Made by a program: the position numbers and the translations under genes
Shown here: positions 1 to 12,791 of the stretch, in pieces
How positions within the stretch are numbered: the stretch's first letter is position 1
Layout: every line of letters begins with the position of its first letter
The notes under the pieces: generated by a model
Database searches by the model: none
What the model was told of the DNA's origin: nothing
Seen by the model: the letters and a program-made list of their open reading frames with translations, nothing else
Assembly: GCF_050920415.1 (NCBI RefSeq)
Contig: NZ_CP169309.1
DNA length: 64,000 nt
Strand: one strand, 5' to 3'
Source of the DNA: Escherichia coli
Lineage (GTDB): Bacteria > Pseudomonadota > Gammaproteobacteria > Enterobacterales > Enterobacteriaceae

Positions 1-1
1 C

Positions 2-367
2 GACACGTTCAAACGGCGTATCCGGCTCATCACCAGACGCGTTGGAGGCCAGGGCATAACCCAGATTGCCGAACAGATGCGGATATACCTTCGAGGCTGG
101 AAGTCCTACTTCCGGCTGGCACAAACCCCGAAGATATTCAAAGATCTGGATTCGTGGATACGTCACCGACTCCGGGCTATCCAGCTGAAGCACTGGCGCA
201 CGGGAACGACTGTCTATAATCGCCTCCGCAGTCTCGGGGCTACCCATGAGCAGGCCGCACTTATGGCAGGAGGCGCGGGGCACTGGTGGAGACACAGCGA
301 AGCTGGGCTGAACCGTATACTTACAGTCGACTACTTTGATGCTTTAGGTTTACCTCGACTCGCATAA
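2..367 (+). CDS. Group II intron reverse transcriptase/maturase, C-terminal fragment (5' part lies outside the window)
   Basis: Frame is open from the window edge; translation ...IRGWKSYFRLAQ...LDSWIRHRLRAIQLKHW... resembles the maturase domain of group II intron-encoded proteins; GC-rich structured tail follows (368..450). Confidence 0.55.
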   Translation, partial: DTFKRRIRLITRRVGGQGITQIAEQMRIYLRGWKSYFRLAQTPKIFKDLDSWIRHRLRAIQLKHWRTGTTVYNRLRSLGATHEQAALMAGGAGHWWRHSEAGLNRILTVDYFDALGLPRLA

Positions 368-451
368 CCTCAACTTCTCGAACCGCCCGGTGCGGACCCG
401 CATGCCGGGTGGTGTGGCAGGGGCGCCGCCTTGTGCTGCCCCCTATGCCGA

Positions 452-1123
452 TCAATAAACAGGTTGAATTAACTCCGCTCCCTGGTTTTTGACATTACCT
501 ACCGCGCGCGACACAGGGTGCCAGGTGAACTGGTTTGCTGGCACACAGCCACTGGTAGCGATTTCTGAGGCTTCTTTACCGCTAATCTCTTGCCGCATCC
601 ATTCCCGCGCAGTTTCTGGCGACAGTACCAGCGGGCGGCGGTCATGAATATCTACCAGGCCCTGGTCTGCTGCTGCAGTGACAATTAAAAATCCTTCGGC
701 CTCGTCACCGCGCTCAAACGGTGTGCTACCTATCGCGGCCATAAAAACAGGTTGTCCATCAGCGCGATAGATAAAATAAGGCTGTTTTTTGTCGCCTTCT
801 TTTTTCCACTCAAACCAGCCATCGGCAAAACAGATTGCCCGACCATGTTGCCAGAGCGGTTTAAACATACGACTGGTTGCCGCAGTTTCTACGCGGGCGT
901 TAATCAGCGGCGGTTTATCCCACCATCCGGGAGCATATCCCCAGAAAACCGGATCCAGATGAAGGTGTTCATCACGTTCACTGAGCAGAAGAACTTTGGT
1001 TCCCGGCGCGACGTTGTATCTGCCAATGGGTTCGGGATCGTAGGGAATATCGCGTTCAATATCTTCCGCGAGAAGCGCAAGGTAATCTTCACGCGTTTGG
1101 GATTGGGCAAAGCGTCCACACAT
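452..1123 (-). CDS. yedK: SOS response-associated peptidase YedK (abasic-site processing)
   Basis: 223 aa ORF starting MCGRFAQ (N-terminal Cys nucleophile); recognised sequence and synteny. Confidence 0.9.
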   Translation of the reverse strand: MCGRFAQSQTREDYLALLAEDIERDIPYDPEPIGRYNVAPGTKVLLLSERDEHLHLDPVFWGYAPGWWDKPPLINARVETAATSRMFKPLWQHGRAICFADGWFEWKKEGDKKQPYFIYRADGQPVFMAAIGSTPFERGDEAEGFLIVTAAADQGLVDIHDRRPLVLSPETAREWMRQEISGKEASEIATSGCVPANQFTWHPVSRAVGNVKNQGAELIQPVY

Positions 1124-1231
1124 AGCAACCTCCTGAGATCACCCTGAAAAGAATAGGAGAGGGGGCGGGTAAAATCTATATGATACAGAGACAACGATGT
1201 TCCCGCTGTGGGACACAGCGGGAAGGAGGGA

Positions 1232-1465
1232 TTATTTCTGAATTAAATAACGAATGGTCGGCCCGTCTTGCTGAATATCCAGCACCGTATAGCCGTGATT
1301 ACGCGCATCCAGTGGAATATTATTGATCGACTGCGGACAGTCGCTCACCACTTCCAGGATCTCACCTTTTTTTAATTGCGGCATCGCCTCAAGGGTTGCA
1401 ACTGCCGGATAAGGGCAGGGTTCACCCACCATATCAAGGCGGTAATCAGGAACGATATTTTTCAT
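1232..1465 (-). CDS. yedF: TusA-like sulfurtransferase-family protein YedF
   Basis: 77 aa ORF with CPYP motif; overlaps yedE start as in E. coli. Confidence 0.85.
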   Translation of the reverse strand: MKNIVPDYRLDMVGEPCPYPAVATLEAMPQLKKGEILEVVSDCPQSINNIPLDARNHGYTVLDIQQDGPTIRYLIQK

Positions 1466-2667
1466 GCGATCTCCTTAGCTGTCTGCGGTGCCGCATGGCG
1501 GAAGAAGCGTTTTTCCCAGCCGATAATCAACATCAGCGCAGCAAACAGCAGCAAATATGTCACCAGCAGGCCACCCATCGGGCCAAAGGTTTTCAGGAGG
1601 TTGATTTTGTCCCAGTCGGTGGCCAGCGCCGGAGCGAAATCATCCCAGTAATACGCCAGAATCGTTGAGCCGATCACATTGCCCAGACCGACCCACCAGT
1701 AGTGCACCTGGCCTTCTACCGCGCGGTACATCCAGCCGGTTTCGCAGCCGCCTGCCAGCACGATGCCAAATCCAAACAGCAAACCACCAATTACCGCGTT
1801 TGGTCCTGCCCACATGATTTTGGGTTCAACGCCTAACTGTACGTAACTTAAGATCCCGATGGCACTTACCGCCATACCGATAATGATTGCTTTCGCCATG
1901 TGGGTACGTCCGGTGATCCACATATCGCGGAACGCCGAAGTAAAGCAGATTTGCGCACGTTCAATCAGTAAACCAAAGCCGACGCCAAACAGCATTGCCA
2001 GCCCCAGTTTTGGTTGGTTCATCGCCGTCAGCAGCGCCCAGCCCAGCATGCCGAAAAAGACCAGCATCCCGAGACGAAAACGACGCCGCGCCTGATCCGG
2101 TTTTTGCGTCAGCGGTGAGGCGGCAGAAACTTTCTGCATTTTCACGGGAATACGGAAGATGGGCAGCAGGGTAAAGCGCGCGCCAAACCATGAACCAATG
2201 GCAGTGGCGATGGCAAAGAACCAGGCATGCAGCGAGAACTGAGGAATGCCGGTAAAGAACGCCGCCAGGTTACAGCCCATTGCCAGACGCGCGCCAAAAC
2301 CGGCGATAATGCCGCCAATGATGGCCTGCATAATGCGGATACGGCTGCGCGGCATGCGCAGTTTGACATTGTTGGCCCACAGCGCTGCAGCAAAGCAGCC
2401 GCCAAACATACCGAGGATCATCATTCCGTCGATGCGGGTTAATGGCGATCCTTCCAGATGAATAATTTTAAAATAACCCCACTCTTCAGCATGGACGCCA
2501 AACAGCTGCAAAAGCTGACCGCCCCAACGGGTAAATTCACCCGTGACTGCCCAAAAGGTGCCAGTGATGCCAAAATAGTAAGTGGAGAGAATACCCGCCG
2601 CGATGACCGCGGGGATGGGCGCCCAGAATTTAATCAACCAGGCGTGTTTGAATTGCTGCCATGACAT
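1462..2667 (-). CDS. yedE: Inner-membrane selenium/thiosulfate transporter-family protein YedE
   Basis: 401 aa highly hydrophobic ORF; synteny with yedF. Confidence 0.9.
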   Translation of the reverse strand: MSWQQFKHAWLIKFWAPIPAVIAAGILSTYYFGITGTFWAVTGEFTRWGGQLLQLFGVHAEEWGYFKIIHLEGSPLTRIDGMMILGMFGGCFAAALWANNVKLRMPRSRIRIMQAIIGGIIAGFGARLAMGCNLAAFFTGIPQFSLHAWFFAIATAIGSWFGARFTLLPIFRIPVKMQKVSAASPLTQKPDQARRRFRLGMLVFFGMLGWALLTAMNQPKLGLAMLFGVGFGLLIERAQICFTSAFRDMWITGRTHMAKAIIIGMAVSAIGILSYVQLGVEPKIMWAGPNAVIGGLLFGFGIVLAGGCETGWMYRAVEGQVHYWWVGLGNVIGSTILAYYWDDFAPALATDWDKINLLKTFGPMGGLLVTYLLLFAALMLIIGWEKRFFRHAAPQTAKEIA

Positions 2668-2850
2668 GAATGTAGCCTCTGAACTCAGAAGGTTTGAAAC
2701 AAGAGTCGCGAATCATACATCAAACAAATTTATTTTCGGGGTAATAATTCACAAAAATAATAGTTAGATCAAATTTCTCTCTGAACCTGGAAAGGCTGGC
2801 GACATCAGGGCTTTAATGCCACAATCCTCTTTTCTTCTCATGCAGGACGA

Positions 2851-3267
2851 ATGATGAAAAAACTCGCAATTGCAGGCGCGCTCATGTTGCTGGCGGGCTG
2901 TGCCGAAGTCGAAAACTATAACAATGTCGTTAAAACCCCCGCGCCGGACTGGCTGGCGGGCTACTGGCAGACCAAAGGGCCGCAAAGTGCGCTGGTCAGT
3001 CCGGAAGCGATAGGCAGCCTGATTGTCACTAAAGAGGGCGATACCCTCGATTGCCGTCAGTGGCAGCGGGTGATTGCTGTGCCGGGTAAGTTGACATTGA
3101 TGTCTGATGATCTCACTAACGTTACCGTAAAACGTGAGCTGTACGAGGTTGAGCGTGAAGGTAACACCATTGAGTACGATGGAATGACGATGGAGCGTGT
3201 GGATCGTCCGACGGCAGAGTGTGCCGCTGCGCTGGATAAAGCGCCGTTACCGACGCCATTGCCGTAA
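2851..3267 (+). CDS. yedD: Lipoprotein YedD
   Basis: 138 aa ORF with lipoprotein signal (LLAGC). Confidence 0.8.
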   Translation: MMKKLAIAGALMLLAGCAEVENYNNVVKTPAPDWLAGYWQTKGPQSALVSPEAIGSLIVTKEGDTLDCRQWQRVIAVPGKLTLMSDDLTNVTVKRELYEVEREGNTIEYDGMTMERVDRPTAECAAALDKAPLPTPLP

Positions 3268-3300
3268 TGAAATCTCCCCGGCTTGCCGCCGGGGATGAAT

Positions 3301-4788
3301 TTAAATCACCTCTTCGATAACCCACACGCTGACGCTGCCGCCGTTGCAAAAGAAGGTCGCTTCGCCGTTTTCGTCGGTTACTACACTTTCTTGCCGGTTC
3401 CCCAGAAAATCACGCCAGGTTTTATTGCCGTAATTCTCTCCTAAATGAATGGTTTTTTCGCCATCATCTCCGTTCGACATGACCACCACGCAGCCGGGAT
3501 ATTCGTCGGTGCCACTGCGGCTAAAGGCAATGCAGTTCGGATGGTCGAAAAATAACGTCTGTACACCGTGGGCGAAACGCTGACGGGCGAGAATTAATTC
3601 ATCAAGTTGTTCGATTATTGGCATATCTATCGGATAGGTTTGCCCGTCACCACCGACATCTTCGTAATGTGCACCGTAGAGATCCGGATAGAACACCGAA
3701 GGAACGCCATTTTCCCGCAACAAAATTAGGGCGTACGCCAGCGGTTTAAACCACGGTTCGACCGGCGCTTCGAGGGCTTGCAACGGTTGGGTGTCGTGGT
3801 TGGCAACGAGGGTTACGGCGTGAAAAGGATCGGCTTCCACAAGCGTCCCAGTGAAAATCTGCGTCATGTCGTAGTCGCGTCCCATGCGCGATGCTTCATG
3901 GAATTTCATCTGCAGCGGCGCATCGAACAGCATGGTTTTGCCTTCCACCTGATCAATATACGTTTGCAGCTTATCAACTTCATGCGACCAGTATTCCGCC
4001 ACAATAAACAGCGGCTTTGGCGCAACTTCCTGTACGTGTTCGATCCACTCTTTATAAAACCACGCCGGAATATGTTTGACCGCATCAAGACGAAAACCGT
4101 CGCATTGCGTTTGTTCCATCACCCAGCGCGCCCAGTATTTAATCTCTTCCGTCACGGCATGATTGCGAAAATCGATATTCTCGCCCATCAGGTAATCGAA
4201 ATTACCGAGTTCATCATCAACCTGATCGTTCCAGCCTTCGCCGGTGTAGTCGTTAACAATTTTAAAAATGCCATCTTCATCAGGATTTTCGATATGGTCG
4301 ATACCGCTAAAACATTTGAAATCCCAGATAAACTGTGAGTATTGCCCGGCACGGGCGGGGAAGGTGTAACGCGTCCAGCCTTCGCATTCAATGATTTCTT
4401 CATCAATTTGCGTACGGTCGTCAGCATTAACGCGCTGCACGCGAATAGCTTCTTTTTCATCCGCGCCCATTTTGTGATTGACTACCACGTCCAGCAGCAC
4501 CGCAATGTCATTACGTTTCAGGGCGTCAATGGCGGCCAGCAGTTGTGCTTTATCGCCATATTTAGTAGGGATGCTGCCTTTCTGATCAAACTCGCCTAAA
4601 TCAAATAAATCATAGGAGTCGTAGCCGACCGAATACCCGCCCGATGCGCCTTTATAGGCGGGCGGCAACCAGACCATATTGATACCAATATCATTAAAAC
4701 CGTCGGCGCGCTCGGCCAGTTCAGGCCAGAGCTTACCGCCTTCCGGGTAATACCAGTGAAAACATTGTAACAGCGTGGGATTACGCAT
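3301..4788 (-). CDS. amyA: Cytoplasmic alpha-amylase
   Basis: 495 aa ORF with glycoside hydrolase family 13 motifs; no signal peptide. Confidence 0.9.
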   Translation of the reverse strand: MRNPTLLQCFHWYYPEGGKLWPELAERADGFNDIGINMVWLPPAYKGASGGYSVGYDSYDLFDLGEFDQKGSIPTKYGDKAQLLAAIDALKRNDIAVLLDVVVNHKMGADEKEAIRVQRVNADDRTQIDEEIIECEGWTRYTFPARAGQYSQFIWDFKCFSGIDHIENPDEDGIFKIVNDYTGEGWNDQVDDELGNFDYLMGENIDFRNHAVTEEIKYWARWVMEQTQCDGFRLDAVKHIPAWFYKEWIEHVQEVAPKPLFIVAEYWSHEVDKLQTYIDQVEGKTMLFDAPLQMKFHEASRMGRDYDMTQIFTGTLVEADPFHAVTLVANHDTQPLQALEAPVEPWFKPLAYALILLRENGVPSVFYPDLYGAHYEDVGGDGQTYPIDMPIIEQLDELILARQRFAHGVQTLFFDHPNCIAFSRSGTDEYPGCVVVMSNGDDGEKTIHLGENYGNKTWRDFLGNRQESVVTDENGEATFFCNGGSVSVWVIEEVI

Positions 4789-4865
4789 TCTTCGACTCCA
4801 TTCAAGGGGAACATTAGAAGCGTAGCCGTAATCGGATTATTCGCGAGCCATCGGCTCGTTAAGAT

Positions 4866-5231
4866 TCAAAAGAGGTTATCCTGCGGAGCCAGCACAAAGC
4901 CGCCCTGATCGCCATAGGCACTTAACACCGATTTTTGCACTGATGACTGACCGACCAGTTTCGCCAGTTCATCCATCCGAATCTGCAATAACTGCTTTAC
5001 CCTGCTTTCGTTGTCGAGAATCAGGCGCAGCATCGGGCGGAGTTGCTCCTGCATCGTGGTGGACGGATCAATCTCTTCAGTCAGATGTGCAATCTCCTGC
5101 ACCGCATTCACATACGCCATTTCGCTGGCGATGAGTTCGTCCCATTGTTCTTCCGTTGCCAGGCGTAACATGAGCTGGCTTTTTTCGACGAGTTGTTGCC
5201 AGGCGAAATACAAATGCGGTGCATGGTTCAT
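4866..5231 (-). CDS. fliT: Flagellar export chaperone / FlhDC antagonist FliT
   Basis: 121 aa ORF, last gene of fliDST. Confidence 0.85.
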   Translation of the reverse strand: MNHAPHLYFAWQQLVEKSQLMLRLATEEQWDELIASEMAYVNAVQEIAHLTEEIDPSTTMQEQLRPMLRLILDNESRVKQLLQIRMDELAKLVGQSSVQKSVLSAYGDQGGFVLAPQDNLF

Positions 5232-5641
5232 CAGACTGGGTCCTGAATCAAAGAAGGGGAGAGTAAAGACTCTTTCCAGGCATCGGCAATATTGCGCATT
5301 AATGCTTCCACTTCTTCGACTGCGGAGACATCGTTGCGTAAATTGGCTTGCAGCAAGCGCCTGACCATATAGCTATAAAGAGCAATCAAGTTTTGGGTTA
5401 GTTCGTCTTTGCTCTCTTCATCAAGACTCACCTGCAGCCCGTTCTCAATGATGTTGATCGCTTTTGACAAAGAGACGCCTTTGCCTTGCTGATTGTTGTC
5501 CTGCATAAACAGGCGCGCTCTAACCAGTGCGCTCAGCACTCCATCAAATAGCATGGTGACCAGCTGCTGCTGGCTGGCGCTCATTACGGCGCTTTCGACG
5601 CCAATTTGTGCATAGGCCTGGGTGCCTTTTGCCGCGTACAT
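5231..5641 (-). CDS. fliS: Flagellin-specific chaperone FliS
   Basis: 136 aa ORF; synteny. Confidence 0.9.
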   Translation of the reverse strand: MYAAKGTQAYAQIGVESAVMSASQQQLVTMLFDGVLSALVRARLFMQDNNQQGKGVSLSKAINIIENGLQVSLDEESKDELTQNLIALYSYMVRRLLQANLRNDVSAVEEVEALMRNIADAWKESLLSPSLIQDPV

Positions 5642-5656
5642 AGTTTCTCCTGAAGA

Positions 5657-7072
5657 TTATTTCGAGTTGCTATTTGAGGTGTCGAACTGCTGTGTCAGAT
5701 AGCTACTGGTGGAGTTAAGCGAGTTCATTAACACATCTAATTGGGTGAACTGGGCTTTATAGCGCGTCATTAAGGTATCGATACGCTCACTGGCTGCGTT
5801 GTACTGGTCGGTCAAATTATTCAGCGTTTTGCTGACGCCATCTTTTGCGGCCTGGATTATCCCGGTGGAAGAGAGCCAACTGGTTAGGTTGCTACTAATG
5901 CCGGTGGTTACCCCTGTACTTTTACCGTCACCTATAAACATTTCACCGATGCCAGTGGCATCTTTTTTTAGCGCCGTTTGCAGTTTGTCGGTCGCGATTT
6001 CCAGCTTGCCGGTACTGGCATCGCTGGTAATGCCAATCTGTGCCAGCGTTTTATAGTTTGAACTGCTGTGAGTATTGGCGAGCAAGGTTTTAAGCTGAGT
6101 CTGGATGGTACGCAGTGTGGAGTCACCGAGTAATGCGCCATTGCTGGAGTCCTGACTCTCTGCTCCGGCATCGACAGCGGTGTATTTGGTTAAGCTGCTG
6201 AACGTATCCTGCAATGAGTTATAGGCATCCACCCACGCTTTAACCGCATTTTCAGCTTTGGATGTGTCTTTACTGATGGTCAGTGTCTGATTACCGGTGG
6301 TGACGTCATTCAGGTTGAGGGTGATATCTTCCAGCGCGTCGCTGATAGTGTTACTACTGTTTTCAATCTCAACGTTATTGACTGTCAGTTTGGCGTTTTG
6401 CGCAGTGACGCTTTCAATCATGCCATTGCTGCTATCACCCGACGTTCCGTTGTAACCCATAAAACTTTCCAGGGCGCTGTCGCCGCTGACGCTAAGATTC
6501 ATAGCGTTATCGCTGCCCGTATCGTTAGCGGTGATGGACAGACGATATTCGCCGTTTCCCACATTGATGATACTGGCGCTGACACCAGCTTTGGCGTTGT
6601 TAATGGCATCGCGAATGCCGGAAAGTGACGAGTTACCCGCGCTGATATCAATCGTGACCGGATCTTTACCGCCGCCTTGTTGGATGGTCAGTACGCTATC
6701 GCTGGTGGCGATGGCGGCTTTACTGTCTTTTTGACTATTTTTTGTTGTCAGCGTCTGTGCCTGCGCCAGTTGGCTAACGCTAATGGTGTATTTCCCGGCA
6801 ATCGCGCTGCCCGTGGTGGTGGCGCTGAAAGCCGATGAACTGCTGGTGGTTGAGGTGGCGGTAAATAAATCGGCTTTATTCAGTGCTGTGTTGGCTGTCT
6901 GGAAACTCTCTAGTGCACTTTTCAGCGTCCCGTAGGCGCTCAGTTTCGCGGTGTAAGAGCTTTGCTGTTTTGATATCGGCGTCAGGGTAGATTTTTCTGC
7001 CGCCTCCAGACTGTCAAGGATGCTGCTTAAGTCCAGCCCCGACCCAACCCCAAGCGTTGAAATACTAGCCAT
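5657..7072 (-). CDS. fliD: Flagellar filament cap protein FliD
   Basis: 471 aa ORF with conserved FliD termini. Confidence 0.9.
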   Translation of the reverse strand: MASISTLGVGSGLDLSSILDSLEAAEKSTLTPISKQQSSYTAKLSAYGTLKSALESFQTANTALNKADLFTATSTTSSSSAFSATTTGSAIAGKYTISVSQLAQAQTLTTKNSQKDSKAAIATSDSVLTIQQGGGKDPVTIDISAGNSSLSGIRDAINNAKAGVSASIINVGNGEYRLSITANDTGSDNAMNLSVSGDSALESFMGYNGTSGDSSNGMIESVTAQNAKLTVNNVEIENSSNTISDALEDITLNLNDVTTGNQTLTISKDTSKAENAVKAWVDAYNSLQDTFSSLTKYTAVDAGAESQDSSNGALLGDSTLRTIQTQLKTLLANTHSSSNYKTLAQIGITSDASTGKLEIATDKLQTALKKDATGIGEMFIGDGKSTGVTTGISSNLTSWLSSTGIIQAAKDGVSKTLNNLTDQYNAASERIDTLMTRYKAQFTQLDVLMNSLNSTSSYLTQQFDTSNSNSK

Positions 7073-7114
7073 ATAAATTCCTTAATCATGCGACGTATAG
7101 AACGAATACCGGGG

Positions 7115-7141
7115 TTATCGGCGTAAGCGGGGCAAAGTTTA
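7115..7141 (-). promoter_or_regulatory. Sigma-28 (FliA) promoter for fliDST
   Basis: Minus strand reads TAAACTTT-N11-GCCGATAA, matching consensus TAAAGTTT-N11-GCCGATAA. Confidence 0.6.
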
Positions 7142-7214
7142 CGATTTATTTTTTGGCTTAATGACACGAACAGCAACGAGGAAGGGGAGTATTTCGACCG
7201 CTAGAAAAAAATTC

Positions 7215-7241
7215 TAAAGGTTGTGAGTGACCAGACGATAA
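7215..7241 (+). promoter_or_regulatory. Sigma-28 (FliA) promoter for fliC
   Basis: TAAAGGTT-N11-GACGATAA about 75 bp upstream of fliC start. Confidence 0.6.
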
Positions 7242-7317
7242 CAGGGTTGACGGCGACGAAGCCGAAGGGTGGAAGCCCAATACTTAAACCGTAGACTTGA
7301 AAACAGGAAAATGAATC

Positions 7318-8649
7318 ATGGCACAAGTCATTAATACCAACAGCCTCTCGCTGATCACTCAGAACAACATCAACAAAAACCAGTCTGCGCTGTCGACTTC
7401 TATCGAGCGCCTCTCTTCTGGTCTGCGCATTAACAGCGCTAAAGATGACGCTGCGGGCCAGGCGATTGCTAACCGCTTCACTTCTAACATCAAAGGTCTG
7501 ACTCAGGCCGCACGTAACGCCAACGACGGTATCTCTCTGGCGCAGACCACTGAAGGCGCACTGTCTGAAATCAACAACAACTTGCAGCGTGTTCGTGAAC
7601 TGACCGTTCAGGCCACTACCGGTACTAACTCTGATTCTGACCTATCTTCAATCCAGGACGAAATCAAATCCCGTCTCGATGAAATTGACCGCGTATCCGG
7701 TCAGACTCAGTTCAACGGCGTTAATGTTCTTTCCAAAGATGGTTCAATGAAAATTCAGGTTGGTGCGAATGATGGTCAAACTATCTCCATCGATCTGAAG
7801 AAAATTGATTCTTCAACTTTGGGGCTGAATGGCTTCTCAGTTTCTAAAAACTCTCTTAATGTCAGCAATGCTATCACATCTATCCCGCAAGACGCTGGCG
7901 ATAAACCTGTTGATGTTAACTTTGGTACTACTACTGAGTCTGCAGCAATTGCAGCTAAATTGGGTGTATCCGATACGTCAAGCCTGTCGCTGCACAACAT
8001 TCTTGATAAAGATGGTAAGGCAACAGCTGATTATGTTGTTCAGTCAGGTAAAGACTTCTATGCTGCTTCTGTTGATGCCGCTTCAGGTAAAGTAACCTTA
8101 AACACCATTAATGTTACTTATGATGATTATGCGAACGGTGTTGACGATGCCAAGCAAACAGGTCAGCTGATCAAAGTTTCAGCAGATAAAGACGGCGCAG
8201 CTCAAGGTTTCGTCACACTTCAAGGCAAAAACTATTCTGCTGGTGATGCGGCAGTCATTCTTAAGAATGGAGCAACAAGTCTTGAGTTAACTGATCTGAA
8301 TTTAAGTGATGTTACTGATACTAATGGTAAGGTAACCACAACTGCGACTGAGCAATTTGAAGGTGCTTCAACTGAGGATCCGCTGGCGCTTCTGGATAAA
8401 GCTATTGCATCAGTCGACAAATTCCGGTCTTCTCTAGGTGCCGTGCAGAACCGTCTCGATTCCGCTATCACCAACCTGAACAACACCACCACCAACCTGT
8501 CTGAAGCGCAGTCCCGTATTCAGGACGCCGACTATGCGACCGAAGTGTCCAACATGTCGAAAGCGCAGATTATTCAGCAGGCAGGCAACTCCGTGCTGTC
8601 TAAAGCGAACCAGGTACCGCAGCAAGTTCTGTCACTGTTACAAGGCTAA
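7318..8649 (+). CDS. fliC: Flagellin (short 443 aa H-antigen variant)
   Basis: Conserved flagellin N- and C-terminal domains with a divergent central region; shorter than K-12 FliC. Confidence 0.95.
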   Translation: MAQVINTNSLSLITQNNINKNQSALSTSIERLSSGLRINSAKDDAAGQAIANRFTSNIKGLTQAARNANDGISLAQTTEGALSEINNNLQRVRELTVQATTGTNSDSDLSSIQDEIKSRLDEIDRVSGQTQFNGVNVLSKDGSMKIQVGANDGQTISIDLKKIDSSTLGLNGFSVSKNSLNVSNAITSIPQDAGDKPVDVNFGTTTESAAIAAKLGVSDTSSLSLHNILDKDGKATADYVVQSGKDFYAASVDAASGKVTLNTINVTYDDYANGVDDAKQTGQLIKVSADKDGAAQGFVTLQGKNYSAGDAAVILKNGATSLELTDLNLSDVTDTNGKVTTTATEQFEGASTEDPLALLDKAIASVDKFRSSLGAVQNRLDSAITNLNNTTTNLSEAQSRIQDADYATEVSNMSKAQIIQQAGNSVLSKANQVPQQVLSLLQG

Positions 8650-8666
8650 TGGCCTTAACCTGCCTG

Positions 8667-8690
8667 ACCCCGCCACCGGCGGGGTTTTTT
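8667..8690 (+). terminator. Rho-independent terminator after fliC
   Basis: GC hairpin CCCCGCC..GGCGGGG followed by a T-run. Confidence 0.6.
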
Positions 8691-8812
8691 CTGTCCGCAA
8701 TTTACTGGTAACCCCCAAATAACCCCTCATTTCACCCACTAATCGTCCGATTAAAAACCCTGCAGAAACGGATAATCATGCCGATAACTCATATAACGCA
8801 GGGCTGTTTATC

Positions 8813-9532
8813 GTGAATTCACTCTATACCGCTGAAGGTGTAATGGATAAACACTCGCTGTGGCAGCGTTATGTCCCGCTGGTGCGTCACGAAGCATTGC
8901 GCCTGCAGGTTCGACTGCCCGCGAGCGTGGAACTTGACGATCTGCTACAGGCGGGCGGCATTGGGTTACTTAATGCCGTCGAACGCTATGACGCCCTACA
9001 AGGAACGGCATTTACAACTTACGCAGTGCAGCGTATCCGTGGCGCTATGCTGGATGAACTTCGCAGCCGTGACTGGGTGCCGCGCAGCGTGCGACGCAAC
9101 GCGCGTGAAGTGGCACAGGCAATAGGGCAACTGGAGCAGGAACTTGGCCGCAACGCCACGGAAACTGAGGTAGCGGAACGTTTAGGGATCGATATTGCCG
9201 ACTATCGCCAAATGTTGCTCGACACCAATAACAGCCAGCTCTTCTCCTACGATGAGTGGCGCGAAGAGCACGGCGATAGTATCGAACTGGTTACTGATGA
9301 TCATCAGCGAGAAAACCCGCTACAACAACTGCTGGACAGTAATCTGCGCCAGCGGGTGATGGAAGCTATCGAAACGTTGCCGGAGCGCGAAAAACTGGTA
9401 TTAACCCTCTATTACCAGGAAGAGCTGAATCTCAAAGAGATTGGTGCGGTGCTGGAGGTCGGGGAATCGCGGGTCAGTCAGTTACATAGTCAGGCCATTA
9501 AACGGTTACGCACTAAACTGGGTAAGTTATAA
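8813..9532 (+). CDS. fliA: Flagellar sigma factor sigma-28
   Basis: 239 aa ORF with sigma-70 family regions 2 and 4. Confidence 0.95.
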   Translation: MNSLYTAEGVMDKHSLWQRYVPLVRHEALRLQVRLPASVELDDLLQAGGIGLLNAVERYDALQGTAFTTYAVQRIRGAMLDELRSRDWVPRSVRRNAREVAQAIGQLEQELGRNATETEVAERLGIDIADYRQMLLDTNNSQLFSYDEWREEHGDSIELVTDDHQRENPLQQLLDSNLRQRVMEAIETLPEREKLVLTLYYQEELNLKEIGAVLEVGESRVSQLHSQAIKRLRTKLGKL

Positions 9533-9577
9533 CGTCAGTAAATGCCGCACTTTAATTTTGACTACCGGGAGTTCTTA

Positions 9578-10129
9578 ATGATGGTGCAGCACCTGAAAAG
9601 ACGGCCATTAAGCCGCTATCTTAAAGACTTTAAACACAGCCAGACCCATTGCGCGCATTGCCGTAAATTACTCGATCGCATTACCCTCGTTCGCGACGGC
9701 AAAATAGTGAATAAAATCGAGATTTCCCGCCTGGACACGCTGCTTGATGAAAATGGCTGGCAAGTGGAACAAAAATCATGGGCGGCATTGTGCCGATTCT
9801 GCGGTGATTTACATTGCAAAACACAGAGTGATTTTTTCGATATTATCGGCTTTAAGCAATTTCTTTTTGAGCAAACTGAAATGAGCCCAGGTACGGTGCG
9901 TGAATATGTCGTTCGTCTGCGCCGTTTGGGTAATCATCTTCACGAGCAAAATATTTCCCTCGATCAGCTGCAGGACGGTTTCCTTGATGAAATCCTCGCC
10001 CCGTGGCTGCCCACTACCAGCACCAACAATTACCGCATTGCGTTACGGAAGTATCAACACTATCAGCGTCAAACGTGTACCGGACTTGTGCAGAAATCCA
10101 CCAGCCTGCCTGCTTCTGATATATATTAA
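9578..10129 (+). CDS. fliZ: Regulator FliZ
   Basis: Start trimmed to MMVQHLKRR to give the 183 aa length I recall for FliZ; follows fliA. Confidence 0.8.
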   Translation: MMVQHLKRRPLSRYLKDFKHSQTHCAHCRKLLDRITLVRDGKIVNKIEISRLDTLLDENGWQVEQKSWAALCRFCGDLHCKTQSDFFDIIGFKQFLFEQTEMSPGTVREYVVRLRRLGNHLHEQNISLDQLQDGFLDEILAPWLPTTSTNNYRIALRKYQHYQRQTCTGLVQKSTSLPASDIY

Positions 10130-10216
10130 ATAAGAATAAGATGTAGCGGAGTTGTTTTTGTGTTTACAAACAATGGCTCTACACTGCAAACAGACATAAC
10201 AACATTCGGGGTGAAT

Positions 10217-12108
<1,892 letters not shown>

Positions 12109-12122
12109 CTCCGGAAACGCTC

Positions 12123-12791
12123 ATGCAAGAAAGTATACAACTGGTTATTGATTCCTTGCCGTTCCTGCTGAAAGGGGCTGGGTATACGCTGCAACTCAGT
12201 ATCGGCGGCATGTTTTTTGGCTTACTGCTAGGGTTTATTCTCGCGCTGATGCGCCTGTCGCCAATCTGGCCCGTGCGCTGGCTGGCGCGTTTTTATATCT
12301 CTATTTTTCGTGGTACGCCACTCATCGCACAATTGTTTATGATCTATTACGGCTTGCCGCAGTTTGGCATCGAACTAGATCCCATTCCGTCAGCAATGAT
12401 TGGTCTGTCGCTAAACACTGCCGCCTATGCTGCCGAAACGCTGCGCGCCGCCATTTCTTCTATTGATAAAGGTCAGTGGGAAGCTGCTGCCAGTATTGGT
12501 ATGACGCCGTGGCAGACCATGCGTCGCGCGATTTTGCCACAGGCGGCGCGGGTGGCGTTGCCGCCGCTGTCGAACAGCTTTATCAGCCTGGTAAAAGATA
12601 CATCGCTGGCCGCGACAATCCAGGTGCCGGAGCTGTTCCGTCAGGCGCAGTTGATTACCTCGCGTACGCTGGAGGTGTTCACCATGTATCTGGCGGCTTC
12701 GCTCATCTACTGGATCATGGCGACAGTGTTATCGACGTTGCAGAACCATTTTGAGAATCAACTTAATCGCCAGGAGAGAGAACCAAAATGA
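12123..12791 (+). CDS. tcyL: Cystine ABC transporter permease TcyL (YecS)
   Basis: 222 aa hydrophobic ORF with ABC permease motif. Confidence 0.9.
   Translation: MQESIQLVIDSLPFLLKGAGYTLQLSIGGMFFGLLLGFILALMRLSPIWPVRWLARFYISIFRGTPLIAQLFMIYYGLPQFGIELDPIPSAMIGLSLNTAAYAAETLRAAISSIDKGQWEAAASIGMTPWQTMRRAILPQAARVALPPLSNSFISLVKDTSLAATIQVPELFRQAQLITSRTLEVFTMYLAASLIYWIMATVLSTLQNHFENQLNRQEREPK

Noticed and set aside
752-1147. 131-aa plus-strand ORF inside yedK (and similar antisense ORFs such as 3778..4338, 10466..10975, 25192..26184, 39478..40800, 47992..49065)
   Set aside because: Each lies antisense within a long gene with strong family or positional support; such shadow ORFs are expected by chance and have no independent signals
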